NCBI GenBank assembly: GCA_963724645.1
Contig: CAVRVJ010000003.1
Location: 1,141,074 to 1,205,073 of the forward strand
Length of the DNA: 64,000 nucleotides
Source of the DNA: an uncultured Acidobacteriota bacterium
Lineage (GTDB): Bacteria > Acidobacteriota > Vicinamibacteria > Vicinamibacterales > SCN-69-37
Direction: 5' to 3'
The notes under the pieces were generated by a model, which saw nothing but the letters and a program-made list of their open reading frames with translations, was not told where the DNA came from and did no database searches. How positions within the stretch are numbered: position 1 is the stretch's first letter; the number at the start of each line of letters is the position of its first letter. Position numbers and translations under genes: made by a program. This document shows, piece by piece, positions 29,981 through 40,317 of this stretch.

Positions 29981-31743
29981 GTGCAGCCGATGCCCATGCG
30001 GCTATCACGGCTGAGTATCTCCGCATCGACGTCTCGCGCGGCCGCGATCGAGCGGGTGCCGCTGTCAGAGAACGTGCTGCGGCAGTACATCGGCGGCAGC
30101 GGCCTCGGCGCGCGGCTGCTGCTCGACGAGGGCGGCGCGACGGCTGATCCGCTTCTCGCCCGACGCGCCTCTCGTCTTCGCCTTCAGCCCGCTGGTCGGC
30201 AGCTCCGCTCACCACCTCCGCGAAGTTCGCCGTCGTCAGCAGAGCCCGCTGACCGAGCGGTTCAACGACTCGCTCGCGAGCAGCGGCTTTGCCCTGGCCG
30301 GCAAAGCGCTGCGGCTGCGACGCCATCGTCATCGTTGGCCGCGCCAGCCGGCTGTCCGTGCTGTCGTCGATCGACGACGGCGAGGTGCGGCTGGAGCCGG
30401 CGGAAGAGATCCGCGGCGCGGACGTGTCCGGCGACACCGAAGAGACGGCTGCGCGCCCGACTCGGCGCCGACTACCGCGTCGCGTCGATCGGGCCCGCCG
30501 GCGAACGCGCGGTCCGTTACGCGACGATCTCGCACGACGGGCGGCACGCCGGGCGCGGCGGCAGCGGGGCCGTGCTCGGCAGCAAGAACATCAAGGCGAT
30601 TGCGGTGCGCGGAACGCAGCGGTGCGAGTGGGCGCATCCGCGCGAGCTCACCGAGTTGAGCCGCGATCTGTCCGAGCGATCGTTCGGCCCGGCGACGGCG
30701 AAGTACCGCGAGCTGGGCACAGCGACGAACCTGCTGACGTTCAATCGCTTCGGCGCGCTGCCGACGCGCAATTTCCAGACCGGGACGTTCGAGGAGGCGG
30801 CCAACCTCTCGCCGGAGCAGCTGAGCGTCCGGCACGCGACGCACGCGCGCGAGCTGCGTGGCGTGCACGATCGGCTGCGAGCACATCTACTCGCTACGAA
30901 GTCGACGGCATGGGCGTGCGCGTGGAGTACGAGAGCCTGTTCGCGCTCGGCTCGCTCTGCGGCGTCGGCGACGGCGACGCGGTGCTGCGCGCGTCGCAGC
31001 GGTGCGACGAACTGGGGCATCGACACGATCAGCACCGGCGGCACGATTGCGTTCGCGATGGAATGCGTCGAGCGCGGCTTGCTCGACGAGCCGTGGCTGA
31101 CGTTCGGCAGCGGCGAGGCGCGTGCTGCGGGCGATCGATCTGATCGGCCGGCGCGAAGGCGTCGGGCAGCTCCTGGCGGAAGGGAGCCGGCGCGGCCGCG
31201 CGGGCGATCGGGCAGGGCAGCATCGCGTTTGCGCCGCAGGTGAAGGGCCTCGAGATTCCCGGCTACGAGCCGCGCGCGCTGCAGACGATGGCGCTCGGGT
31301 TTGCGGTCGGCGCGCGCGGCGCCGATCACAATCGCAGCGGCGCCTACGAAGTGGACTTTTCGGACAAGGTCGATCGCCGGCACGCGACACTCGATTCGGT
31401 ACGGCTACGCGATCGAGACCGAGGACAGGGCGGCGCTGATGGACTCGCTGATCCTGTGCAAGTTTCTGCGCGGCGTGTTCACGACTTCTACAGCGAGGCC
31501 GCCGACATGCTGCGCGCGGTCACCGGCTGGGACGTCACGGCCGACGAGCTTCGCGAGACCGCGCGGCGCATCGTCGCCGCCAAGCGCGAGGTCAACCTGC
31601 TGGCCGGCTGGACCCGCGAGGAGGACACGCTGCCCGAACGCTTCCTCGACACGCCGCTCCCGAACGATCCGGCCGCGGCGCTCACGCGCGATCGCCTGCA
31701 GGAGCTCGTCGCGGAGTACCACCGTCAGCGTGCAGAACTCTGA
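29981..31743 (+). pseudogene. aor: aldehyde:ferredoxin oxidoreductase (tungsto/molybdopterin AOR family), many frame changes
   Basis: Segments: YLRIDVSRG / IERVPLSENVLRQYIGGSGLGARLLL. DYRVASIGPAGERAVRYATISHDGRHAGRGGSGAVLGSKNIKAIAVRG. KYRELGTATNLLTFNRFGALPTRNFQTG. GIDTISTGGTIAFAMECVERGLL. KGLEIPGYEPRALQTMALGFAVGARGADHNRSGAY. The C-terminal part is intact in ORF 31240..31743. Confidence 0.8.
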
Positions 31744-32384
31744 AGTCCCGCCAGCGCGAGCGCGGCCTGATAGTCCTCCCGCGTGTTGAGGTTCCGCAAC
31801 GTTCGCAGATCCGGATCGACGCCGATCATTTCCTCGGCGCGTCACGCGCCGCGTGCGCACTGCATCGAACAGGAACACCGGCCGCAGACGGTCATGCGCC
31901 AGCAGCGCCTCGACGTGTGGCAGCGTCGTCGCGCCGGTAGACCGCCGAGAGCGGATGCGCGAACCCGTCGATTTCCATCACGGCGATGTCGTAGTCGCCG
32001 AGCAGTCGATCATGCGCGCGACGAAGCCGGGCACGAGCAGCGGCACGTCGCAGCTGGTGACATAGGCGGCGTCCACCCTGCGGGCAGCGCTTTCAGGCCG
32101 GCGCGCAAGCCCTCGAGCGGGCCGCGTCCCTCGCGCTCGTCTCGCGTGACGATCACGCCGGCACGGCAGCTCGGGCAGCGCTGATCGACCGCGGCGACAG
32201 CCACAATCGGCGACACGACGGTGCCGAGCAGCCGCACGACGCGCTGCAGCATCGTCTCGGGGCCGAACGGCAGCAGCGCTTTGGCCGTGCCCATGCGCGT
32301 CGACTTGCCGCCGCACAGCACGATTCCACCCGCAGCGCGACCTCGTGCCGCACCGTGCGCGCGGCCGCCGCGGCCGGTCGTCAT
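31725..32384 (-). pseudogene. mobA: molybdenum cofactor guanylyltransferase MobA, at least 3 frame changes
   Basis: GIVLCGGKSTRMGTAKALLPFGPETMLQRVV...VTRDEREGRGPLEGLRAGL (ORF 32010..32432 frame). YVTSCDVPLLVPGFVARMI (ORF 31978..32316 frame). RPVFLFDAV...EEMIGVDPDLRTLRNLNTREDYQAALALAGL. The 3' end overlaps the aor 3' end by about 19 bp (convergent). Confidence 0.75.
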
Positions 32385-32388
32385 GGCG

Positions 32389-34318
32389 TCATTCCCAGGC
32401 GGACAGCGCATCGCGCGTGGCCGGCTCCGCAAGCAGCGCCTCGAACGCGACCACGCCGGCCGCTCGGCTCGCGTGCTTCGGCACGATGAAGTCGTAGTGC
32501 TCGTGCTGGACCGGGCAGGAAGCCCAGACCGGCGCTGTGCACGCGACGGTGTCGAGCGTCACGCCCCAGTCGGCGCGTCCCTGGACGACGGCGGCGGCGA
32601 CGGCGTTGTGATTTCGCGGCTGGACTGCGTAGCCCGGCGGCCTGCGCGCCGCCGAGCAGGCGATCGATCAGCGCGCGCGTGCCGCTTCCCCTGATTGCGA
32701 TTGACCATCACGCACGCCGGATCGCGCATCGCGGCGCGACGGCCTCGTCCGCCGCACGTCCTTCGAAGCGAGCGTCGCCACGCGAAAGACAACGCCCTGC
32801 AGCCGGCCGTAGCCGGGAATCAGCGCCAGCGCGGCGGTCAGGAACGGCCGGTTGTACTCGCCGGTCTCCGGATCCAGCAGGTGCATGCCCGCGACGTCGC
32901 ACTCGCCGCGGCTGCGCCGCTTCCAGCCGCCGGTGCTGCCGACGGCCAGGAACTTCGAGCGGACGCCCTGCCGCTCGCAGACGGCCCAGCAGATAGTCGA
33001 GCCCAATGCAGTGGCTGCCGATGACCACCAGATCCGCCAGCCTGCAGAGTCGCGCCCCAGCAGCTGCACGTCGACGACCGTGCCCGCCTGCGACGATCTC
33101 CTCGTGGCGGCCGATCGTCGCGAATCCGTCGGCGCGGCTGAACGTCGTGACGCTGCCCGAGCCTTGCCCCATCGGGTAGGCTGCGAGCGACGAGGCCGTC
33201 CTCGCTCCTCGGCGCTGACCAGCCCGACCAGCAGATATTCGGTTCGGCCGATCTCGCTGTTGACTTTCACGGCCAGTCTGCGCCTGCACCACGGCTCGCC
33301 CCTCGTCGCCGTGTCCCGCCATGGACCGCAGCACCGGCGCGACGAACTCGTGAAACGTGAAGATCGCCGACGTGGGAAAGCCGGGCAGCACGACGACCGG
33401 ACGGCCGCCGGTTGACCGCGAGGCAGATCGGCTTGCCCGGTTTGAGCGCCACACCGTGCGCCACGATGCCCGGATCGGTGAGCTCGGCGACGACGCGGTA
33501 CGAGACGTCGCCCGCGCCTTTGCTGGTGCCGCCCGACAGCAGCACGACGTCGGCGAGCGCGAGCGCCTCGCCGAGCTGCGCCCGCAGCGCCGGCGCGTCG
33601 TCGCGCGTGATGCCGAGCCGACGCGGCTCGCCGCCCAGTTCGCGCACCGCGTCGGCGAGCACCTGTGCGTTCGAGTCGTAGACGTGCGCCGGCCGCATCG
33701 CGCTCGCCGGGCGGCGATGATCTCGTCGCCCGTCGAGAGAATGGCGACGATCGGCCGCCGCCAGACGTCGACCTCCGCCACGCCGATCGCGGCCAGCACG
33801 CCGGTGTCGCGGCTCGTGAGGAGGCTGGCCGCGGCGCAGCACCGTCTCGCCGGCGGTGATGTCGGTGCCGGCAAACGAGACGCCGCTGCCGGCGTCACGG
33901 CCCGCGCGATCCGCAGCTCCCCGGTCGTACGTCGGCGTGCTCGACCATCACCACGGCGTCTGCGCCGCGGGGCATCATGCCGCCCGTGGCAATCGAGAGC
34001 GGCCTCGCCGCGGCCGGACGATCGTCGCCGGGCACGACGCCGGTGTGAATCATCTCGTCGCCGAGGCGAACGACGCGCGGCGCCTCCTCAGACGCGCCGA
34101 AGGTGTCTTCGCGCCACGACCGCGAAGCCATCGACGTTGGCGCGGTCGAACGACGGCACGTCCACGGGCGAGACCACGTCGGCGGCCAGCACGCGGCCGA
34201 GCGCGGCGTCGAGCGGAACCCGCTCGACGCCGCGCGGCGCCAGATCGAGCGCCGCGCGGAATCGCCGCTCCGCCTCGTCGCGGTCGAGGACCTGGAGGAA
34301 CTGCTCCTGCTCAGGCAT
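32389..34318 (-). pseudogene. moeA: molybdopterin molybdenumtransferase MoeA fused to a C-terminal periplasmic-binding-protein-like domain, many frame changes
   Basis: MPEQEQFLQVLDRDEAERRFRAALDL...VPLDAALGRVLAADVVSPVDVPSFDRANVDGFAV. IATGGMMPRGADAVVMVE. VAILSTGDEI. VVLLSGGTSKGAGDV. VAHGVALKPGKPI. VVLPGFPTSAIFTFHEFV. The PBP-like part is DLVVIGSHCIGLDYLL...DVAGMHLLDPETGEYN...HYDFIVPKHASRAAGVVAFEALL. Its stop lies 4 nt before the mobA ATG. Confidence 0.75.
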
Positions 34319-35543
34319 AGAGCCAGACGTCCACGTCGGCGCCGGCCGGAAAGCCTTCGCTGTCGTCGCGCGACGATCACGAAGCCGTCGGCCCGGGTCG
34401 TCGACGACAGCACCGAGGCGCCCGCCGACCGAGAGCGGCTCACACGACCGTCGGCGACTGTCACGCGCGCGTAGTCGAGACGGCCGATCGGCGAGCTGAT
34501 CTTCCGCGCGAGGCGGCGCGCGGATCAGCGCGGTACGGCCACGCCTGTGGTCCGTCCACCAAGGCGCGCGAATCGCCCGGCCGGCAAAGAAGTCGTAGGC
34601 GCAGAGGCTCGAGACCGGATTGCCGGGGAGCAGGAACACCAGCCGGCTGCCGATGCGTCCCAAGCCCGGTCGGGCTGCTCGGGCCGCATGGCGATGCCGT
34701 GCACGGCCAGTTCGCCGTGCTCCGCCACGAGCACCGGCGCCAGGTCTTCGATTCCGACGCTCGAGCCGCCGGACACGATCACGACGTCCGCATCGGCGCG
34801 GAGCGCCTCGAGGATCGCGCCGCGGTTCGTCGCGGACCAGGCCAGGAAATCGACCGAGCGCGCCATCGCGCTCCGCAAGCGCCGCCAGCATCGGGCCGTT
34901 CGCGTCGGCGATGCGAGAAGCCGTGCGGCGGCGATGCCCGTCGGCAGCAGCTCATTGCCGGTGACGACCAGGCGCACGCGCGGCCGGCGCATGGACATGG
35001 ACCTCGCCGAGGCCGATGGAGCTGAGCAGGCCAAGATCCTGCGGCCGAAGGACGCGGCCGGCCTCGAGCAGCTGTCGCGCCGCGTCGATGTCCTCGCCGC
35101 GCCGGCCGACGTGCTTCCCGGGCGAGACGCTGGCGAGCGCGGCGATGCGGCGGCCACCGGCAGGATCCGGCTCGACCCACTCGGCGGGCAGCACGGCGTC
35201 GCTGCCCGCCGGCATCGGGGCGCCGGTCATGATCCGCACGGCTTCGCCGGCCGCAGACCACACCGGCGAACGCGAATCCCGGGAAGCGCATCGCCGATCA
35301 CCGTCAAGCGCGAGTCGGTTGTACGGCGCTCGCGCCTTCCGTGGACGCCGCCACCACGGCGTAGCCATCCATCGTCGACCGATCGAACCCGGGCACGTCG
35401 CACGTCGCTGACGATGGGAGAGGCCAGGACGCGACCGGCGGCCGCGCGGAGCGGGACCTGTTCGGCCGGGAGCGGCGGCAGATGAGCGGTCGAGCCAGGC
35501 CAGGGCGCTGCGCCACCGTGTGGCGCCCTGCGAAGCCCTGCAT
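34311..35543 (-). pseudogene. moeA: molybdopterin molybdenumtransferase MoeA (second copy), many frame changes
   Basis: DVPGFDRSTMDGYAVVA. VRIMTGAPMPAGSDAVLPAEWVE. KHVGRRGEDI...LRPQDLGLLSSIGLGEV. RVRLVVTGNEL. ADVVIVSGGSSVG. HGIAMRP. LVFLLPGNPVSSLCAYDFFAG. FPAGADVDVWLYA*. Its stop overlaps the next moeA start by 8 nt. Confidence 0.75.
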
Positions 35544-35607
35544 CCGAACATCGCGCGATGCACGCCGGTAGTCGTCGCCCACAAGTGCCCGAGGGACGAG
35601 ATCGATC

Positions 35608-37077
35608 CTACTGGAAGAGCTTGCTCGCGAGCGCGACGGTCCGATAGACGCCCCAACCGAGCGGCAGGCCCACGAGGGCCCACGCGATGACGACCAGTCC
35701 CCAGTGTCCCGCGGGCGCACCGGACACGGCCCGCGGCGCGGCGCCGACCGACGCGGGCTTCGCGTCGGCCTTCAGCGTAAACAGGCTCGCCGGCACCGGC
35801 CGCACGAGCAGGTTGCAGATCAGGCCGGCGGCGAGAAAGCCGACGAGGATGTACATCGTCACCGAGTACGGGATGTGCGCCTCTCGCATGCCGTTGACGA
35901 GGAAGGGGCCGAGCACGCCGGCGGTCGACCAGGCCGTGAGCAACCGGCCGTGAATGGCACCGACGTTCGCCACGCCAAACCGATCGGCCAGATAGGCGGG
36001 AATCGTCGCGAATCCCCCACCGTACATGGTCAGGATGACCCCGAAGATCAACACGAACAGGGCGAGGCTGCCCGTGGCGCCGGCCAGCGGCGCAAGCGCA
36101 TAGAGCGCCATCCCGAGCGTGAAGAACACGGAGTAAGTCACTTTGCGTCCAATCCGATCGGACAGCGACGCCCAGAAAAACCGGCCGCCGATGTTGAACA
36201 GACTCAGCAGGCCGGTGAATCCGGCCGCTTCGGATGCCGTCACCCGCCCTTTGAAAATCTCCTGAATCATGGGCGACGCGATTCCCAGGACGCCAATCCC
36301 GGCACTCACGTTGAGGCACAGCACGCCCCACAGGAACCAGAACTGCGGCGTTTTCCACGCGACACTGACCGGCACCGAACCCGCGTCGGTCGCCGCCTTC
36401 ACGTCTGCCGGCGGCGTCCAACCCGCCGGTCTCCAACCTGGTGCGGGCAGGCGGTAGCCGAACGCGCCGGCCGTCATGGCCACGAAGTAAAGGACGCCCA
36501 TGACGAGAAAGGTCTCTTCGACGCCTACGGATGTGGGCGTGGCGAAGTGCTTCATCAGGACGTCGGCCAGCGGCGAACCGATCATCGCGCCGCCGCCAAA
36601 TCCCATGATCGCCATCCCCGTCGCCATTCCGCGGCGGTCCGGAAACCATTTGATCAGCGTCGATACCGGTGAGATGTAGCCAAGACCCAGACCGCAACCG
36701 CCGATCACACCCGAGCCGATCCACAGCATCCAGATCTGGTGCAGGTGGATCCCGATCGCGGAAATGAAGAACCCGCCGGCCCAGCAACACGCCGCAACCA
36801 TGCCCGCCTTCCGCGGGCCTTCGCGCTCGACCCAGGCGCCAAACAGGGCCGCCGACGATCCAAGGAACACGAAGAACAGCGTGTACATCGCGCCGAGCGT
36901 GAGGACCGACCAGTCCCCCGGCGCAGACTTCGTGATGCCAATCGCGTGGCTCAGCGGCAGCCAGAAGACGCTGAATCCGTACGCCATGCCGATCGACAGG
37001 TGCACGGCGAGGGCGGCCGGGGGCACCAGCCAGCGGTTGAACCCCGGGGGAGCGATCGTTCGCGTTTTTGACAGCAT
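35608..37077 (-). CDS. MFS transporter, oxalate/formate antiporter (OFA) family
   Basis: Intact. The chosen start is MLSKTRTIAPPGFNRW at 37077. Motifs include AYGFSVFWLPL, GAWVEREGPRKAG, WIGSGVIGGCGLGLGYISPVSTLIKWFPDRRGMATGMAIMGFGGG, GRFFWASLSDRIGRK and GGGFATIPAYLADRFG. The ORF-track extension to 37191 was not used. Confidence 0.8.
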   Translation of the reverse strand: MLSKTRTIAPPGFNRWLVPPAALAVHLSIGMAYGFSVFWLPLSHAIGITKSAPGDWSVLTLGAMYTLFFVFLGSSAALFGAWVEREGPRKAGMVAACCWAGGFFISAIGIHLHQIWMLWIGSGVIGGCGLGLGYISPVSTLIKWFPDRRGMATGMAIMGFGGGAMIGSPLADVLMKHFATPTSVGVEETFLVMGVLYFVAMTAGAFGYRLPAPGWRPAGWTPPADVKAATDAGSVPVSVAWKTPQFWFLWGVLCLNVSAGIGVLGIASPMIQEIFKGRVTASEAAGFTGLLSLFNIGGRFFWASLSDRIGRKVTYSVFFTLGMALYALAPLAGATGSLALFVLIFGVILTMYGGGFATIPAYLADRFGVANVGAIHGRLLTAWSTAGVLGPFLVNGMREAHIPYSVTMYILVGFLAAGLICNLLVRPVPASLFTLKADAKPASVGAAPRAVSGAPAGHWGLVVIAWALVGLPLGWGVYRTVALASKLFQ

Positions 37078-37223
37078 GGGGAGACTGGGAGCCTGCGAGG
37101 TCGCGAGCCTGGAAGTCTGGAAGCCTGGGAGTTTGAAGCTGCTGAGTTGAGACGCCTGGGGCTGGGGACCGGTCGACCCGCCTCGACCCAAGCCTCCCGC
37201 CCCAAGCCCCGAGCCGTTCTTGA

Positions 37224-38129
37224 CTACGCCTTCATCGCCTTCAGCGCCTTGACGCTCTCAACCGTCATCTCCATCGCCTGTTCGACGAAGTAGTTCTTGA
37301 TGCCGCCGGCCTTCTTCGCCGCAGCGAACGTCGCGGTCCAATCAATCGTGCCCTGGCCGACCGGCTTCTGCGGGTGCCCGGGACCGCGTCCGGCCCGGCC
37401 CGGCACCTCGGTCTTCATATCGATGTCCTGGATGTGCATCGAGAAGAACCGCTTCGGGTACTTCGCGAAGTACTCGGCGGCAATGAGGCCCGTCGTGATC
37501 GTCGACATCTGGAACTGGAAGCCGATGAGCTTCGGATCGGTCATCGCGATGACATGGTCATAAACGAAGGTTCCGTCTGGAAGCTTGACCAGGTCGAAGG
37601 CCTCATTGTGCGAGCCCGCGCGCATGCCGGCCTTGTTGATGTCGACCGCCATCTTGTTGAACTGATCCGTCAGCGTCTTCACGTCCTCCATCGTCGCCGC
37701 CGTGGCGCCGCTCTTCAGCGTCGGAATCATCATCTGCTGCAGGCCAAGGTCCTTCGACCACTGGATGGCCTTCTGCAGGTTGTCGCGCAGCTCGGGGAAG
37801 ATGAAATGACAACTGACGGCCTTCAGCCCGTTGTCCTCGATGATCTTCTTCGTCTCCTTGCCGTCCGCGAGGCTCTTGAACTCAGGATAGCCCGTGCCCC
37901 CGAGGAACCCGCAAAGCTCGATCTGATCGACGCCGATGCTCTTGAGCATCTTCAGCAGGTCGACAAACTTGCCGTCCGCGATCGACTGGCGATGCGGATA
38001 GGTCTGGCTGCCGATCGGCAGGCCGAGTGGATTGGCGGACGCCTCGCGGGCATTCGCGAGCAGGAACCCGGCGGCGGCGGCACCGGCCGTCGTCTTCTCG
38101 AAAAACTGTCGTCGTGAAATCGCGGTCAT
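37224..38129 (-). CDS. Tat-exported xylose-isomerase-like TIM-barrel protein, paralog 3
   Basis: Intact 301 aa. The Tat motif is MTAISRRQFFEKTTAGAAAAGFLLA. It shares LGLPIGSQTYPH, VDQIELC, KAVSCH, FQFQMSTITTGL and NYFVEQ with paralogs 1 and 2. It has the short version of the Gly/Arg insertion (EVPGRAGRGPGHPQKPVGQG). Confidence 0.85.
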   Translation of the reverse strand: MTAISRRQFFEKTTAGAAAAGFLLANAREASANPLGLPIGSQTYPHRQSIADGKFVDLLKMLKSIGVDQIELCGFLGGTGYPEFKSLADGKETKKIIEDNGLKAVSCHFIFPELRDNLQKAIQWSKDLGLQQMMIPTLKSGATAATMEDVKTLTDQFNKMAVDINKAGMRAGSHNEAFDLVKLPDGTFVYDHVIAMTDPKLIGFQFQMSTITTGLIAAEYFAKYPKRFFSMHIQDIDMKTEVPGRAGRGPGHPQKPVGQGTIDWTATFAAAKKAGGIKNYFVEQAMEMTVESVKALKAMKA

Positions 38130-38178
38130 CGATGTCTCCTGTCAAAGGCGACGGGCCTCGATCGAGACCCGTGCCGTG

Positions 38179-40267
38179 TCACTGTTTTTTCGCGGGCGTG
38201 CTGGCCGCCGGTCTGCCAAGAAACACATACGTCCCGTACGTCGTGGCGGTCACGATATCCGGCTTGCCGTCTTTGTTGAGGTCCACGATATCGAACGACG
38301 AGCCGACGCCGGATTTGTTGTGCACCAGCTCCGGTTCGAACCGCGCGCCCCCCGGCGCCTTCGGATCGCGCACCGTCTTGTAGATGTAGAGCACCGCCGG
38401 GCCGAGCGGATCGTTCGTGTTGGAATTGCCCGTGGCATTCTCGAGCTCCGAAAACACGCGCTTCCCCGTGACGAAGTCGGGGATGCCGTCGCCGTTCATG
38501 TCCGCCACGTGGCCCGCGTGCAGTTCCGAGAACACCACGTTCCCCATGTTCTCGGTCGAGAAGTCCTGCGCGATCATGTGCTGAACGAACGTTCGTGATC
38601 CGTCAGCGTCCTTCTTCTGCTCGAACCAGGAGAGTCCCCAGTTGTGTGCGGACCCGGCGATGACGTCGGTCAGACCGTCGCCGTTGATGTCGTACACGCC
38701 CATCTCGCCCCCGCCCATCCCGAAGACCGCTTGATTGCCGAAGGCGTAGGCATGAAACGCCCACGGCGTCTTGGCGATGCCTTCGGCCGGCTGCTCGTAC
38801 CAGCCGGTCGGGACCACGACGTCGGCGCGGCCGTCGCCGCTGATGTCGCCCACGCCGATGCCATGCCCGCCCACCGTCTCGCCGGGATTGGAGAGAATGT
38901 GTGGCGTCCAGACGGCCGTCGGATTCGCGGGATCGGGCTTGGCCCACGCGTAGCCGGCGCCGCCAGGACTTTGCGCGTTCTGGCCGAAGACGATCTCGGG
39001 CTTGCCGTCCTTATCGAGATCCTTCATCAGGACGATCTCGGTCGAGATCGGTCGTGAGCACGCTGTACTTATCCCAGCGGCGCGCTTCGCCCTTGGGATT
39101 CACGTACAAGTCCATGTGACGGTTGCCAAGGCTCGAGAGAATGTCTGGCCACCCGTCCCCGGTGAAATCGGCGGCCAGGTTGACCATGTCAGGCCCGAAC
39201 TCCGTTGTCGGGTTGAAGACCGGCCCGGCCCGGTAGATGTGGCGCGTGGTGAAGCTCGGCCCGGGGTAATAGAAGGGACCGGATACGACGTCGAGATTTC
39301 CGTCGTGGTTGATGTCAGCCGTTGTCGCACCCCAGCCGTAGTACAGGGCGTTGAGGCGCTGCATCGTGAAACGCGGCGAAACCGTCTCCTGCGGATCGTT
39401 GACGCCGAGGATGTCCTTCCACGCCACGTCCTTGTAATGGACCTCTCCCGTACCGCCGACGAACAGCGCGATCGAACCGAAACCGGCAACGTTCTTCTCG
39501 TCAACGGCACTGACGGCACCAAACGTGCTGCGCAGGACGCCGGCACCGGCCGGACTATTCGACAGGATGATGTTGACGGCGTTCCACTCGCCAGGCACGA
39601 GCGTGGCGCCGCGGCCGCGAGCTGCGCCACCGCCGCCTCCAGCAGCGCCCGCCGCTCCGGCGGCCCGCGCACCGCCTGCAGGCGCCGCGCCGCCCTGTGC
39701 GGCCCCCCCCGCGGGCGCAGCAGCTTCGGCGCCCTGGCGCTGTCCGCGGCCACCCGCCGCCGGTGCGGCACCGCCGGCCGGGGCCGCGCCGCCAGCACGC
39801 GCGGCATTGCCGCCACCGCCACCGCGCTGCGGCGCGCTCAGCCGTTCGCGACCGGTTTCCTTACCCTGCGCATCGATCGTCACCGAGTACGACGCCGTGT
39901 CGCCATCGCTCAAGGAGGCATACACACCCTGCATGCCGCCGTCCGGCGTCTTCTGCGCTCGCAGGAGCACGCCCGACACGCAAGCGCCGATGCACCGATA
40001 GTTCGCGAAGAACTTCACGTCCTGGAAGCCCTTGTCCATCACGAGCCAGCCGCCGCCGCCTGCCGACTTCGCTTTGCCGATGAGCTCGCCGTTCTGGGCC
40101 TTCCAATCGGCATCGCCAACGACGTGCCAGCCAGCCAGCGTGGATCCCTTGAACGACGCATCGGGCTTGAAGTTCGCTGGATCGGCAGCGTGAAGGACGA
40201 GCGCCATCGCGGCGACTCCGGCAGCAATGATGGAGACTGAACGTAACGCCCGACGATCGCTTCCCAT
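38179..40267 (-). pseudogene. secreted DUF1080/LamG-like + FG-GAP (seven D-x-N-x-D-G) propeller protein, paralog A, one frameshift near 39050
   Basis: ATG at 40267 follows AAGAGG. The signal is MGSDRRALRSVSIIAAGVAAMALVLHA. The N-terminal domain reads FKGSTLAGWHVVGDADWKAQNGELIG...VSGVLLRAQKT. A long Gly/Ala/Arg tract follows. FG-GAP repeats are ADINHDGNLDVV, ADFTGDGWPDIL, (shift) KDLDKDGKPEIV, GDISGDGRADVV, YDINGDGLTDVI, ADMNGDGIPDFV and VDLNKDGKPDIV. Confidence 0.75.
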
Positions 40268-40317
40268 TGAGGACCTCTTTGGTCCCCGGGCTGAAAGGCC
40301 CGGGGCTCCACCATCAA

